From: Octopus vulgaris
Taxonomy: Eukaryota
Length of the DNA: 64,000 nt
Direction of reading: 5' to 3'
NCBI GenBank assembly: GCA_951406725.2
Contig: OX597815.1
Span: forward strand, 173,228,001-173,292,000
Both the position numbers and the translations under genes were made by a program. A model generated the notes under the pieces. The model was given only the letters and a program-made list of their open reading frames with translations, made no database searches and was not told where the DNA came from. How positions within the stretch are numbered: position 1 is the first letter of the stretch; each line of letters starts with the position of its first letter. Below are positions 1-14,756 of the stretch, piece after piece.

Positions 1-344
1 CAGGAGTGCAAGATCCTACACAATTATTACACAGCTCCACCAGTGTACAGGTTTATCTTGATATCGTGTGAAATAGTTCACCTGTCCAGGAGAGTTCAGG
101 AGACTAACAGGCAATGTTGCTATGTCTTTCCAGCACAAAACATCATAGATGTTCAGATTTTGGTATGGAGATCATGATTGTTAATCATCATTTATGTTTT
201 TTTTATACACAATACAGTTCGATTATTGTAGTGTTGCAATTCTATTCATTTGTTTATGTTAAGTTGCTGAAGACAAAGTTAATACCTCAGTTAATGCTCA
301 CCATTTTGCTAGAAACTAACCTAAAAGATATTCTTATCTACTCT

Positions 345-530
345 AGGCAAAAGCCCAACATTTTTGGAGAGGGGGCCAGTCAATTAGATTGACCCCAGTA
401 TGCAACTAGTACTTAATTTATTGACCCCAAAGTTGACTTCGGTGGAATTTGAACTCAGAACGTAAAGACAAACAAAATACCGCTAAGCACTTTGCCCAGC
501 GTGCTAATGTTTCTGCCAGCTTGCCACCTA
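345..530 (-). mobile_element. SINE family B
   Basis: gaccccagtatgcaactagtacttaatttattgacccc..ggaatttgaactcagaacgtaaagac..ctgccagcttgccacct; matches copies at about 27003, 28360, 48575 and 61650. Confidence 0.75.
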
Positions 531-1205
531 AAAGATATTATTCTCTTTAACTCATGTATAAGTTTGCCAAAAGTAGTGTGTTCTCAAAAAACTGAATCTG
601 TTGTATAATGGAAGACATTAACACAACTTTTAGATCTATTGATGTCTTTCATTAAGAGAGAGTCAAAAATATAGTAAGATAGTTGCTACATAAAACAAAA
701 TGTGATAGAATTCTCTGCCTTCTGATGGATCAACAATTCTCTTTATACGGATAGTTATCATCTGACTAAATTGTTTGTTTTAATTTTACTTCAACATAAT
801 TGTATAAGAAACTTTATTTTTCCATTTCCCAAGTTATTTCAATCCAAATTTCTTTAATAAAATAATGCAACTGTACGTTAATTACACTCAAAGAACTTTC
901 TCGGTTGCTTATATTCCAAACTCAGCAATATTTCTATGGACATGGGGAAGAAAACAACAATATTATGTTTATTTCCTTCTACCTGGTAAGTTTCGTAATG
1001 GAAGAAAGAGCTTGCTGACAGGTTTATCAGATAATTTCACATTCAAGCAAAAGATTATAATTTTACCTAAATAATAATTTATGATAGATGGAAATATAAA
1101 TAACAACCATTAAATGAGAAAGAAAAATAGAAAGTATCTGAGATTTACAGAAATGGTGGATGGATTGACAGAAGAAACAATTAGATATGATGTGTGCATG
1201 CACGT

Positions 1206-1236
<31 letters not shown>

Positions 1237-1284
1237 GGGGTAGGAGATAGATATCTGGAGAGAGGGAAAGACAAAGATGAATGA

Positions 1285-1287
<3 letters not shown>

Positions 1288-1340
<53 letters not shown>
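1288..1340. repeat. (TA)n microsatellite, one of many (also about 9662, 10505, 10655, 34543, 35103)
   Basis: Directly visible. Confidence 0.95.
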
Positions 1341-1343
<3 letters not shown>

Positions 1344-4300
1344 AATAAGAAATGACAGAAATCAGAGTCAACTTTGGTAAATAAAAATAAATTGTTTTTC
1401 TTTTATTTGAATTAATTTTGAATTGGGAGATATCTAATAAAAATATCCTTCATATATTAATATGTATCACACACACACATACTACATACACAAATCTAGA
1501 CCCAAAAAAAATCATACACAAGTAAGAAAAATGCTACAAAAATATACAGACATAACCCTTATCAGAATACACCTTCCCCTTACCAATATTATATTGTAAA
1601 CATCAACAAGAATTGCATTAGTGGCAGCAACTAAATGAAGTTTAAAAAAATACACCTATGTGTGTGTGATGAAAAATTAAAAAGTGCATATTTTGTTTCC
1701 AGAAAGAAAACTAGTGTTTTTTTTTATTTGTAGCATTTAAAACAACGTGACATGGTTATTTAATAATTTTTATGCCAGACAATAAGAAAATATTATACCA
1801 GAATAGTTCAGTTGCAGGCTCCATAGAACTGGCACAGATCTATTTTTAGATGTTCGTCTATCTATATGTATCTGTTTATCAGTCTTTTCCAGCTATTACC
1901 TCTCAGCTGCAATCCTTAGTGGTACTGTATGTTTATTGACAGCAGAGCTAAGGTGTGAAGTGTCTGTGAGATTTGACAATAGAGAAGTAGAGGTACTGCT
2001 ACAAGTGGCTCTTCTGAGCTAACCCCTGACCATCAAACCTCTGACTGTGACTAGTGTTATTCAGCAGAGAAGATAAAAGCAGGTAGAGGAATTTGATTGA
2101 TGACTGATATATAAATATGAGTAAAGTAAATAAAAATAAATTTCATACTAATAATGAAAATAAGAATAAAATGTTTTAATAAAACGCATTTATGTTTTTT
2201 GTAAATAGATCTTATTACATGAAGCTAAGTAGACTAATTGTATACACTTAAGGTATTTTTAAAGAAATGATAAAGGTTTTTACTTTCTAAAATCTAAAGA
2301 GTTAGTATTATGAAGAGAAAACCTTAAGCAACCTAAATAAATCACAAAATACATTACTTAATTTCATTACTTAATTGTTCACTGAAAGTGAATGTGAAAA
2401 TTGACTTCGATACCACATATGTTGTTTTATTGCTAGGTAAAGTACAGTTAATTCAAAATATTGATTGATTATAAATGCACACTGGTGCACTGTACATTCA
2501 GTTTTATTGTCAATTCTTAAAGCAAAATCTGCAAATAATGCTGCAATATCAATAAAATTTATGAATAAATTTCATACAATTGAGATAAAAAAAAAAAAAC
2601 CTTAACAATGGATATCATGTGCTTTGCAAGAGGAATGTAATAAAGTACAAAGATTCTTATATTATAGAGCTCTAAGAAAAGTAATGTATGAGTAAATATT
2701 AAGTGTTAATAACAGAAAAACAAAGGAAGAGGCATGAAGACAGAGAAAAAGAGGAATAATACACACAGATGTAACTATGGAATTTTTAGTTAAAATATGA
2801 AATGTTAGACAATAATATGATCAGAGCTTGGCAGTAATTGGCAAATTTCAATAAGTGAACTTCTAAAAGGTAAACTTTGGCTTTTAACCTTTCGATTGGC
2901 TTTGAAAGAGGAAACACTATTACATTAACTTTACACTGAAATTTCATTACCATCACACTACCACTGCTATTTTATGGCCTCTTTTAATGCCGATGTGAGT
3001 TGGACAGATCACCAAGGTCTGAGCCAGTTCTTAATTGGAATTACTGCCTTCCAAGACACTTTGCATTGCTGGTATATTCCATTTTGGCATGGTTTTTACA
3101 GGTAGGTACTTTTCTTAAAACCAAACCACTTTGAAGAACGTACTGAGTACATTTTATTATGGCACCAGCACTGGAGAGGGTATTTTGTCTTTAGCAAAAG
3201 TAAAGAGTTCTCTCTACATTGTCACTATTCATTTGTCAATCATTTACAGGGTGTACAGTATTTTATTTTGAAACCAGTACCAGGGTGTTGCTTTGTCTCT
3301 GGAAGGGCTAAACAGTTCTATGTTGTTTCCATTTGTTCAATGAAGTAAAGGTTAGAAAATGATTGGAAGAGAAAGGGATAAAAGAGAGAGAGAGAGAGAG
3401 AGTATGATGGGAAATGTAGGGTGATAAGAAGCAAGCGCATGCTAGATGAGTGAATTATGGAAGAGTGACAGACAGCTACATGTTGGTTGTTGGTAAAGAG
3501 ATTGAATAGTAAAATGACATAGACAAAGAGAGTGATGGGAAGAAACAAAGTAATGAAAGAGAGAGTAATAAAGTGAGAAAGAGAATTTGATGTATGCTAA
3601 CAATGAATGATATCAGGAGTCCTCTGTGTGTGTGTGTGTATGCATGTGTATGCACATGATGGAGATACTGATTGAATACTGACTGAAGAAGAGGTGAAGG
3701 GTAGCCTGTACCCTCTTCCTTTTGTTTATTTTGCAGGAAAGATATCAAAATGATCCATTAAACAAAAATGCACATGCATAAACATATGCATATATTTTGA
3801 CAAGAGTTCTGAAAACTATCTGGATATTCAAAGTTTCAAATACACTTGTCTTTTACAAAGCCAATAAACTAAGCATTTTCACTTCACTCCACAAAATTCA
3901 AGTAAAATACTTGATACATGTCCTTTTTATGTAAAATGAGAAAAAGAGGAAAAAAAATTTATGTAAACTAAGGCAAGTATGATAGTTAAATTTTATTATT
4001 CCAGAATAGTTTGAATAATTTCTTAGTTGGACACTTGAAATAACTGCCTCTGAACTTAATTGCACTTCTTATATGAATCCTTTTTTATAGTAAGTGACTG
4101 TATTTATAAAAGATAGTTGATTTTTTACCTTTAAATAATAATATCTGGGGAGGGTCACATGTCAGAAAGGTATCTTGTTATTTTTTGATGTTGTTGCTAT
4201 TATTATTACAAGTCCTTTTCATAATATTTTACTAGGCGCCAGTATAACTCAGATGCAAAAGCCTTCTGTTGAAGGAGAAAAAAATATTTGAAATATTAAA

Positions 4301-4689
4301 AAAAAAATCCTTTAAAAATCCTCAGCACTGATATAGTATCTAGGAAACATCATGCAGATGACTGTAATTTGTGGCACCAAAGACTATCAATTGCAGGAGC
4401 AGATGCTGGTGTTCATAGATGTATGCTTATCTAACAGAAATGTGTGCCCCCACCCAAGATCTACCAAATCATAAATTTGACAAACATTCCCTAGGCCAAT
4501 CACCTTCAAACAACACTATAAATAAAAGATATCTGAGAATAACCATGTTCTCAGATATCTATTAATATACCACCCCATGTTATGTTAGTAAGAGAAAGAC
4601 TCTAAAGTTATAACAACAATTGTTTTTAGGTAAAAGTAATAGTTATCCTTGTGGGTTCCATGGCAGTCTTCATATTGCCTTGCGCTGTA

Positions 4690-6020
4690 CATTCATCCTC
4701 ATAACCTTGTTCGTATTTCTTCTTTCATCATCTTTAACCATGTCATTCTTGGTCTTCCTCTATTCCTTTTCATAGTCATCACTCTTCTCTCACCTTGTGA
4801 CTTTTTCCCTTCCTCAGCACATGGCCCAGCCATATCATTCCACTTCCCTTCATAATATGTATCACTCTCTCTATTTCCATCATTCTCAACACTTCATTGT
4901 TTGCCTTCCCCTCTCTCCACTGAACTTTTCTCATTTTCCTCCCATCCAGCTATCTCTGTTCTGAATTCATTGCCCATGTCTCACTCCCATAAATCGTAGT
5001 GCTTATCACACATATAGCATACACTTTCCTCTTCAATTTCAGCAACATTCCCTTCTTCATTAGTACACTCAATTCTCCAAACTTCTTCTAAGTGCACCTC
5101 ACTCTAGCCATTGTGATCCACCATCACGTCTGACCTATCTTCCCCATTGAACTTCTACCTTCGTACCATTTCCAAGATCTTGTTCAATATGTTCTCCATC
5201 TGCAACTCCTGTCACCTTACACTTAAATGTTGCTGCTATATTAGTTAATAACTCTCTCTTACACTATGAAGCCATCCAGTGCATATTGTTTATTTAATTG
5301 AGTGTACTACAATTTTCTTCCACATTGCACACAGCCATTTCTCTCTTCCTTCTACCTTCTCCCTCACCATAACTTTCATCTTTCCAGTATTCACTGAAAT
5401 ACCTTTTGCTTTCATATATTTCTTTCACATGGTCACTGTTGATTCATTAATACTCTTTTAATGACTCTAGATCATCTCCATACAACAAATTCCACCACAA
5501 TTACAAATAGCGGTAGGTTTGGCACTGACCCGTGACACACTCCAACCTTCACTTCAAACTCATTACTGTTCTTGTACTTTGTCCTTATGACTGTGCATTC
5601 TCTCATATATTGATATCACTACCCTAACCATTCCTCCACACCTAACTCTCTCAATGATCATGTTACCACCTTATGTGGAACATTATTGAAAGCATTCTCT
5701 AAATCAACAAACCAAGGAAACAATTTCTTCCTCTTGTCATTGTATTTCTTCTGTAACTGCCTTACAATAAAAATTACTAGCGTAAATCCAATAAATCCAA
5801 ACTATGTGTAATCACTCTTTACTTTCTTCCTTATTCTCCTCTCTTATACTCTTTCCAATATGTCCATTCTATGCTTCAATAACTTAATTGCTCTATATGG
5901 GCAATTAGTGAAGAACTATTTGACAAGAATGACAGTGGATGATTTCTTCCAAGTATTATTATAGGCAATATTCTTCATCAATACAGTTGTAATACACTGT
6001 AAATCCCTAAGAAAATTTGG
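4690..6020 (-). mobile_element. Degenerate RTE-clade LINE reverse transcriptase fragment
   Basis: Minus-strand remnants YRAIKLL, IFIVRQLQKKY, FVDLENAFNNVP, EFEVKVGVCHGSVP, and a 3' GRPR-like motif. Confidence 0.75.
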
Positions 6021-7559
6021 GATTATAAACTGGATAAAATCCAAACCAAACATTCTAAGACATTTTGTTTGATTTTCCCATCATCAGAACCATTACCATT
6101 GTCATCATCACCACCACCACCATTACTACTACTGAATTGTAATGGTTTTTGAAAGGATATATATCTCATCCAACCAGTTCTATTTTCTGAAGAGATAGTT
6201 AGCTTTCTTAACACATTTGTAGCCATATTTCCAATGAAATACATTGTTTACAACTTGAATTTATTTGGCACAGAATGAAGTAATAAGGAGTTTGGAACAT
6301 AAAAGAAATCTTGTATAAAATTATTTGGAACATTTTGATTTAAATAAGAACACTTGAAAATACTGGGTTTTGTTTCTCAGAAACAGGGGCAGTTTTAGGT
6401 AGGTTAGTTAAAAGGTTGGTGATCCTGAAAAGACACGTCTTACCCATTTCAAAAGGTGGTAAAACTCAAGTCAAAGATTTCTTCTCTGTTTAAATATAAT
6501 TAAGTTGAGGCAGTTACATACAAGACTAACTACTTTGTAGCAGTTAGATCACAAGTTCCCACTTCCGAGTCAAAATATTGATCGAATTGATCTGAGGTTG
6601 ATGAAATAAATACTGTAAAGATTAAATTGAATTGGCTGTATTCAGTTTTAAGGCTGGTTCAAAGAAACCAATGCATATGTATATTTTAATGTGAAATAGT
6701 CTTCTAGTAGTGGGCAGAGATGTAGGAATGGAACAATGAAAAATACAGTTTACATACATATCACTACATTATTAAAACTGAGATGGTAGGGTGTGATCTG
6801 AGAGAAATTTGCTAGTATTTCTAACAGATCAAGTGAATACTATTGTTGTTGTGCAAGCCAGACCAACCATGACTGATTGAATAGACCGATAATCAATGGT
6901 GTTCTAATTCTGACAATCTCTTTTTTCTCAGGTATAAAGTATCTAGGGCTACTTTATTTAATGTATCCTTTTTTAAGATAACAGGATGCAAACTGAAGAA
7001 AATTTAGCTGCAGTTTTTAGCAGCTGAAGACATCATGTAGAGACAACTTTGTTGACCATTGTTAGTGTTAGTTATAGCTTACTTGATGAAGCAGAAAAAA
7101 AATGTTATGCTGAATATGAAGATGAATAGCAGGACTTAAAGAGTGATGAACAAAATGCCTTATAGCAGATAATGATATCCCCTTATGTTCTGAGTTTGAA
7201 TCCAATTGGAGGTCTAGTTTGCCTTTCATTTTTCTGGGGAAGTCATCATTTAATGTTCTTTCCCAATGCTGGCATAGGTTGGACAGTTTGCGGAAGAGTT
7301 TGATGTGGTCATTATATAGTGATCAGGGAACAGAATACAACTTAAATTTCACGCTAGGACTTTTCTAGTAGCACTTGACAAAAGCACAACCAGCAATGTC
7401 TTGGTATGAATTTCAGTCACATTCTTTTCCTTGATCCCTGTATAAAGACCGCGAAAAGAACACACCCAAACTGGCTTCTATACAGTTTCTGTCCAGCAAA
7501 TTTTACTTACAAGCTATTGGTCAACCTAAAATTACAAGACTAACAGACTTGTCAAAACT

Positions 7560-8740
7560 AAAGAACTTAGCTAGAATGGTAAATGCAAAGGAGACTAGGA
7601 TGGAGTAACATTTTTTGAGGAAGAGAAGCTGTACAGTTAAATTCAAAGAAATGATATATATTAAATATCATCTGTGAGGAAGCAAAAAGCAAACAAATGA
7701 AGTATCAGCCATTGTATCTACTTTAGAAGTGAAAATGAGTTATCTGACTAGTAAATGGAGAAGTGATTAACATATATATAGTGGAGTTGATATTTTATGA
7801 AAACTGTCTTGAGGAAAATTACATTGAAGCAAATAATATTGTGATTGGAAGATCAACAATATATATTTTGGATAGTGAACAAAAGCAAACCCACTTTTTA
7901 GATTTTTCAGAAGAAAAAAATAAAAAATTTTATATTAATAGAGGCAAAAGAGAAGCATAAAGTTTTTCAGATTGAAATGAAGCAAGTTTGTTTAAAATTG
8001 ATGTTACCAGGATTTTGCTTGTAATTTAGAGTCAGTCAGTGAGAGAAGGGGCTAGATATAGCTATGATAATAGTAGAGAGTTTGTACAGTTGTTTTAGTA
8101 GCTAATTAAACAGATGGCCTCTGATAGAGAAACGCTTTAAGACCTAGTAAAGAATATCATTTTGTTAATAGCTAAACTGCAGATGGTATACTAATAGGTG
8201 TCAGAAGAGAAATAAAATAGTAAGGCATGCATGATAAAAAAAATCCACTAATAAAAGCAATTTATATGGCATGTGTTTCTAGATCTGAACTATTTAAAGT
8301 TCAGTTTCAATAATTGTAGGTTAGATTTAATTAAGCATTTAAACATGATAAAAGGTATGCTTAACAGCAGGGGCAATTATGTAATAAAAGACAGTGATAG
8401 CAATGAAGAATTTATACACATTTTTTGTACTACAAGTTATTAAATTAAATCCATGTGTGTCAGCTAATTAGATTAATGGCTGTTGAAAAGTTAGAAATTG
8501 CTAAAAAAAATTCTTTCATTTGAAGAAGCTCAAATTTTTTTCTACTGACTTTAAAAATAAAATGAAGTAACTTTAGGAGATATTTTAAAACATCAATACA
8601 TTAAAACCAGGTGATGTGCTAGATCAAATGAGCATTAAAAATCTTTCAATTTGAATGCTACATGCTATTTAAGGAACATAGAAAATACATTGTCATACAT
8701 CAAACCAAGCTTATCTAATGATAAAATTCTTAAAAAATAC
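7560..8740 (+). mobile_element. Possible highly decayed hAT transposase remnant
   Basis: Weak motifs KKNPLIKAIYMAC (cf. NP.A.Y.PC..HSLNL) and NLYTFF; many stops. Confidence 0.25.
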
Positions 8741-8764
8741 AGATTATACAGCTCTCCCCCATAT

Positions 8765-9656
8765 ATATAGTCCTCCCAATAAGTATCCGGACTGTTGCTA
8801 TAGTAATGAAGCTAAAGCATGGAGAGTGAAGCCACTTGGCACAGATTCACTTTGAACTCTGCTGTGCATGTGCACTAAGTTTTAACATTCTAGCTCACTT
8901 CTGCTGTTTAAAGCAGTGCTTGGAAGGAAGGTGTGTAGCATGTGATCATTGCATTGACCATGACAGAGAAAGTTGAGCAGAGAATCTGCTTCAAATTTTG
9001 CTAAAAGCTTGGCGATACCTGCTCAGAGACCTATGCAAAGTTTCCAAAAAGTTTTGATCGATCTTAGCACAATCAAGGAGATCTTGTGCAACTGAAACCC
9101 CAAGTGTCGTTTTGGTCAGCTGAAAGCAGTTTTGGCACAAGCTTGGCAGACATGCATTTCATACCCAAATCTTCAGTGATAATGGACTGAACTGAAACAT
9201 AACTAATCTGCACATCCTCTCTGATAACTCATGGATGGTTATTCGACAATTTCTCCTCACAGCTGCATGCACATCTGCAATGTTTTTCTCAGTTCTGCTG
9301 GTTGTGGGCCTCTCAGAACGTTCGTCAATATCAACATTTTTTAGCCGTCTTGGAAATGTCTGAACCACTCATACACTTGTATGAAGCTTATACACTCCTC
9401 TCCAAACACTTTCTGTAACTTTGTGTAGGGCTCTAAACAGATATCACCATGACAACTTTCTCTGTCATGGTCAATGTGATGATCACACACTACATACCTT
9501 CCTTCCAAGCACAGCTATAAACAGCAGAAATGAACTAGAATGTTAAAACTTAGTGCACATGCACAGCAGAGTTCAAGGTTAATCTGTGCCAAGCAACTTC
9601 ACCCTGCATACTTTAGCTTTGTTACTAAGGCAACGGTCCGGATACTTATTGATCAG

Positions 9657-9664
<8 letters not shown>
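8765..9664. mobile_element. Non-autonomous foldback mariner made of two inverted 5' ends
   Basis: Left arm caataagtatccggactgttgc...ATG ACA GAG AAA GTT GAG CAG AGA ATC TGC (MTEKVEQRICFKFC) on +. The right arm is its reverse complement and continues on - into HTH remnants (DERSERPTTSRTEKNI, DLGMKCMSAKLVPKLL). Flanked by TA runs. Confidence 0.85.
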
Positions 9665-9694
<30 letters not shown>

Positions 9695-10500
9695 GAAGTT
9701 GAGTAGTGATCAGATAATTCAACGTTTATCTCAGGCAGCACTCATCCAAATCTACATATATAATGTATGATTTGTCACCTCAATGTTTTCGGAATAACTG
9801 TAAACTAGCTATTTCATTCTTCATTTATTATATACTAGACCAAAAGTCGCACTCTGTGTGGATTTTTAAGATAGCACCTATAGAAGGCCAATTGGGCCTG
9901 CAGCCTAAAACTAAAGACAGCTAAATAGCATGACTATAATATGTCCATAATGACTAAATGCCTTGGTAGTGCTTGATCAGAAGTTAAAGATGAATGAGAA
10001 TTAATTCTGTAATACTATCATTCTATTGTTCCAGTCTCAAATTGAATTTCAGCTGTTGGCCAATTTGTCCCAAAGTTCTTATCTTGATGTAAAATTAATG
10101 AAGCGAATGTCATTTATCTCTCTCTTGATTTCTGATGTCATCTGACAAATGCCAACCAAGATGGTATGAATCAGCCAAGCTTTACCTGCAAGAAATAACA
10201 ACCCAAATGCTTCTAGATCAGATCCTAATGCTGGATGTTCAATAACCAAATGAAGGGCAGATTTTCAATCATCCTGATTCTAAAAAGGTATAATATGCCT
10301 ATGTAAAGTAAATGTAGACTGAGATATAGGGGTTCCAGATGGACAGACAGAATTTCGCTCGCCGACAACTGATGAAGAGTCGTCTTTTATGTTACTTGTC
10401 CTGTTTTCCATTTGTTTCTCTTGTTGTTTGCGTATTGAACTCATTTGCTTTCGTATTTCATGTTGTTGACATCCTGTACCCATATATGCATGTGTATATA

Positions 10501-10555
<55 letters not shown>

Positions 10556-10652
10556 ATAATTTACAATATAAGAGCAAAAGAAAAATTCTAATGCCAAATA
10601 TGCCGAAAAAAGACAAAAATTGTCAATTAACTATTATTTTATCCTACATTAG

Positions 10653-10694
<42 letters not shown>

Positions 10695-13054
10695 TATATT
10701 ATTATTTGATTGAATACCACGCATCCATTTCCAAGTAAATTTATCCATATAATTCACAAGGCCAGGCTAGTGTAAGAAGCAAGTAAGCTCAATAATGTTA
10801 TTAGTCTCAGGATACCTTGTTTTGTATTCAATCTTTGCCATGAAACATACAAGCCAGTAGCAGTGCCACCATACAGAACATCGGACTAAAAAAGGAAACA
10901 ATTTATGACTGGTATGCCTACATCAAACAGATAAACATGAATAACTAGGGAAATTGTCTCATTGAGTAGGTTAGCTATCACTTAACCTAAGCTAAAGATT
11001 TCCTAGCACAATGAAGTGTTAACTTGCTACAGGCTACAAGGTTCTGTGGGTATATGAAGTTTAAATATTTATTTGACTACCTTAATGCCTTTACAAAGTC
11101 TATTGAAAGCATCTGAACCAGAACCCCTAGTTACTTCCCCACTCATGTTGTTTTTATTAGAAGTTCAAGTTAGGCAAAGGATGCATCAATTTCATCAATC
11201 TGAAAAGACTTGCAAAGGTCACCAGCACTGCTTCTCCTTCCCTAACTAAATTATTTCAAAACAAACTTCAAACAGTGCAAATAATCAGAAAGTTTCTGTG
11301 TTTCCAGCATCTGGAAAACTAAGACGATATTATTTATTTTTCTGAAGGTCACAATACTATCAAAACAGCAAGAATACATTTTCCAATATCAGGAATTTTA
11401 TTTGCATAAACAATAAACGATTTTAATGTAAAGAGTAAAGAACAAAATAATTTCTTTTTATTTACTTAGAGCACTTTAAAATCACAATGACAGAGAATTT
11501 ATTTCTATTAAAAGTCACTAGTGAAAATAATTATGAAATAAAGCACATTGGTTGCTAAAATTAGAAAACAATATTTGCATCATAAGAAATATTGTATGAA
11601 ATGATGATGTCAAACAGCATAAGTAAATGTAGCTAAAAAACATCAATAGCAAAAGTAAGAACAATAGTATCAAATGAGGCAGCAACTAACTTAATTACTA
11701 AATCAGTAATGGAACAAACTTAAATTTACTTAGAAATATTGCCATTATATTTAAACAAAAGGAAAAAAACTAAATTGCAGGACAACCATTTATTTGAGCT
11801 CATATACAGAAATATTTTATTCAAATTGTGTAAAATGCTATAGATAGGAAATTTTAAAATAATATTTTCTATATTAACTTTTTGCTTAAACATAGGTTGT
11901 GGCACATTTGTAAGAAAATGGAGATTAAAATAACATTTATAAAACCAATCATGTTTTGACATTAAAATTTGACTTCTTAATGTTTTTCAAAGCAAAAACA
12001 TTGTAGTTTATTTAGACCAACATCTAAAAAACTTATTTCTACTTTAATCCACTTCTAGCCAACAGAACTTATTTACTTAATTCTCACCAATTCCATCTAC
12101 AGCAAATTACTAAAGTGTTCTTTCTCAGAAAAATAACTTTCATTTTATCACTTATTTTGCTACATTTAAAATTGGCACATCTATTGCATTCACATAACAT
12201 TTCTGGTTACCTAACATATCAATATAAAATGAAACTTTATTTTCGAAACCTTCAATAGGTTTTGAAATCTTCAAGTTCAATCTAGAAACGAAAATATGAA
12301 AAATAGTGTTTTTTATCACTTAGAAGAGGAATAGCAGTGATATTTGCTGTATTTTCTTCTGGGCCCTGCTCAAAACTGGTAGGAAGAAAGTTATGACTGA
12401 GTGGACCCCACTAAATGGCAACCAAAATAGATTTCCATTTATAACCCATCAAATCAAAGTTTAATAATTCTACAGTTAATTAAAATGTTTTTTATTTCAT
12501 CCCCAACTCAGTTCCTATTAGAAAACCCAAGTTTTCTAATGACCACTTAGGTGTTATAATATGCACAATATAACTAAATAAACCAAACATAAGTGATATG
12601 ATTCATAGTTTGAGGTAAATATGTTTATTATTTGAATCAAAGTAAGTGAAACTAGTCAGATGCAACGAACAAATGGGATATATGATGGATGTAAAAACCA
12701 TGGTTGTTAGTAAAATTTTACGTAAGTGATAAATTATTCATATGTTATTCAATGTACATTTTTGATAACACATGTATACTCTATATGTAATTCTACAACA
12801 TAAACAACAGTGATGCTACAGCTGTGTGGTTAAAAATTTTGTTTGGAAATGACATATCTTTAGGTTTAGGGTTCAGTATCTTGGATGGATTTGGCAGACA
12901 GAAAGTGTGTAGAGGCCCATTGTAAGTATATTGGTAAGTGTGTGTGCATTGGCATGCATGTCTCTGTACGTGCTTGACTCTTACTGAACCAGCATTATTT
13001 TGTTTATAACCCTTTAAATAAGTAGTCTGGCAAAAAGAAAACTGACATGATAAA

Positions 13055-13350
13055 CACCATGACTTCAGGAAACATTTTTTCACGCTGAGAGTTGCTGAAG
13101 CATAGAACAAACTGCCAGTATCAGTTGTTAGTTGTCAGAGCACTGCATCCTTCAAAACGTCCATGCTTTCTGAGATTCGCCAACACTACACCTCATTTTC
13201 ACCCCTCCATACACACACAAGCATGTATCTGACTCATACATTGTTCGCTTTCCAGACATTTGTACATTACTGCATACACTTTATACGCACTTTCTGACAA
13301 GTTGTGGTGCACCTGAGCACTGTATACAATAATTTCATTATTATTATTTA
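13055..13350 (+). mobile_element. CR1-like LINE 3' end
   Basis: HDFRKHFFTLRVAEA*NKLPVSVV...FK followed by 3' UTR and (ATT)n tail; similar to the copy at 15280. Confidence 0.7.
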
Positions 13351-14589
13351 AAAATAAGTACTAGGGTACTTATTGACTAAACCCATAAAGGTGGTCCCCC
13401 AGCATAACTGCAGTTCAATGACTGATACTAGTAGGAAAAACATTATGAATTTTTGTTTCTATTTTGAAAATCTTTTAAAAAGTACAAATCAAACTGTTTT
13501 GCTTTAAACTTGTTATCTATAACTCCATATAGGAAGGTTAAATCATAAGATTACATTAAAATTTTTTCCCCACATTATTTTTACTTATCAAATTAAGAGT
13601 TCATTGACAATTTATTTTCCATAATATATAGCACAACTACTGTGTTTTAAATCTGAATAACTTTACTGTGCTGGAGATACATCAAGGTTAATATTTCATA
13701 AATGCAATCTTGATATTTATGACAGGATTTTCTTTCAAAGATTTCATTGTCAGTATAATAAGTCAATTAACTTATGTAGACGCTCGTTTATAGATTCTTG
13801 ATAACAAATTTCTGTTTGAAAAAAAGTTATCTAAAGTCAACTGAGTTACTTCCCATCAACAGAATAATATTGACTGTTATAAGCTTGTTTTCAAAACAGA
13901 ACATTTTACAGCAATGGTAGGAACAAAAGGAAAATAGGTTCCACACAAAATTTATAAAGTCTTATAGATTTTCAATTAAACTGTTGTTCTAACTATAAAA
14001 CATAAAATAATAATGCGGTGTAAGACTTAATCAAGACAACTTCTTTTCCACATATTGTGATATTTTTCAGATTTCAAAATTTAACCAGTTAATATCTAAC
14101 AAATTTTGTTTCTTATTTAAGCTACAAACTAATCTCTTTAATAATCAACTTGATAGATTGATGTAAATAATATTTAGTATTGCAATTGTTCAGCAGTGAT
14201 ATATATGTATGATTTGAGTCCAATATTAATTTAGAATTCTTCATTCTGTCTAATATGAAGGGTGAAATCTTTGAATATTTCAAAAAATTTAGAGTAGCAC
14301 AACGAGTAGCATGAAAGTATATGAAACAATCTTAGCTAAATATCTCCTTCTCAGAGCCAAAATGTAAAGAAAAAAAACACCCTAACAAAATTTTATATAT
14401 GCTTAACATGAGTACATTTTAAAAATAAACCTAAAAGTTTTAACTACATGCATCCATATCCTTATGACAATAAGATTTTTTTCTATCAAATACTATCTCA
14501 CTAGAATCTGTGCAAAACCCTACACCACGTGTACAAAAAAATGTAATAGAAAATAAAACAAAAATTATCTTGAAAAAATTTTATCTTAC

Positions 14590-14756
14590 CTAAAGCCAAT
14601 AATGGGGAATTCTTTACATATGTTACATTTGGCTTGATGTTTGGCAGTCTCAGCAGCTGCTAACCGATGAAGAACTGGTAACCACACCATTGACTGTGGT
14701 TCTAGTCGCATCCAATCAACAAACTGAGCGGCTTGAATTTCAGGATGACTACTTGC
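14590..14756 (-). CDS. DMD: Dystrophin coding exon, 167 nt (start of ZZ zinc finger; human exon 68 equivalent)
   Basis: tttcag|GCAAGT...TTTAG|gtaag. [55 protein letters not shown](R). Confidence 0.97.

Noticed and set aside
10280-10713. ORFs with YIYIYI runs (similarly 20560-20913, 24443-24751, 43912-44274)
   Set aside because: Translations of microsatellites.
1-14589. Next dystrophin exon (human exon 69 equivalent, YRxLxxFNxDxCQxCFF)
   Set aside because: A manual scan of minus-strand acceptor candidates found no match; it probably lies left of the window (intron over 14.5 kb). A TBLASTN would confirm.
14605-14630. ZZ-domain CKEF instead of human CKEC
   Set aside because: The CxxC ligands (CNIC) are intact, and an aromatic residue at this position is, as I recall, usual in invertebrate dystrophins.
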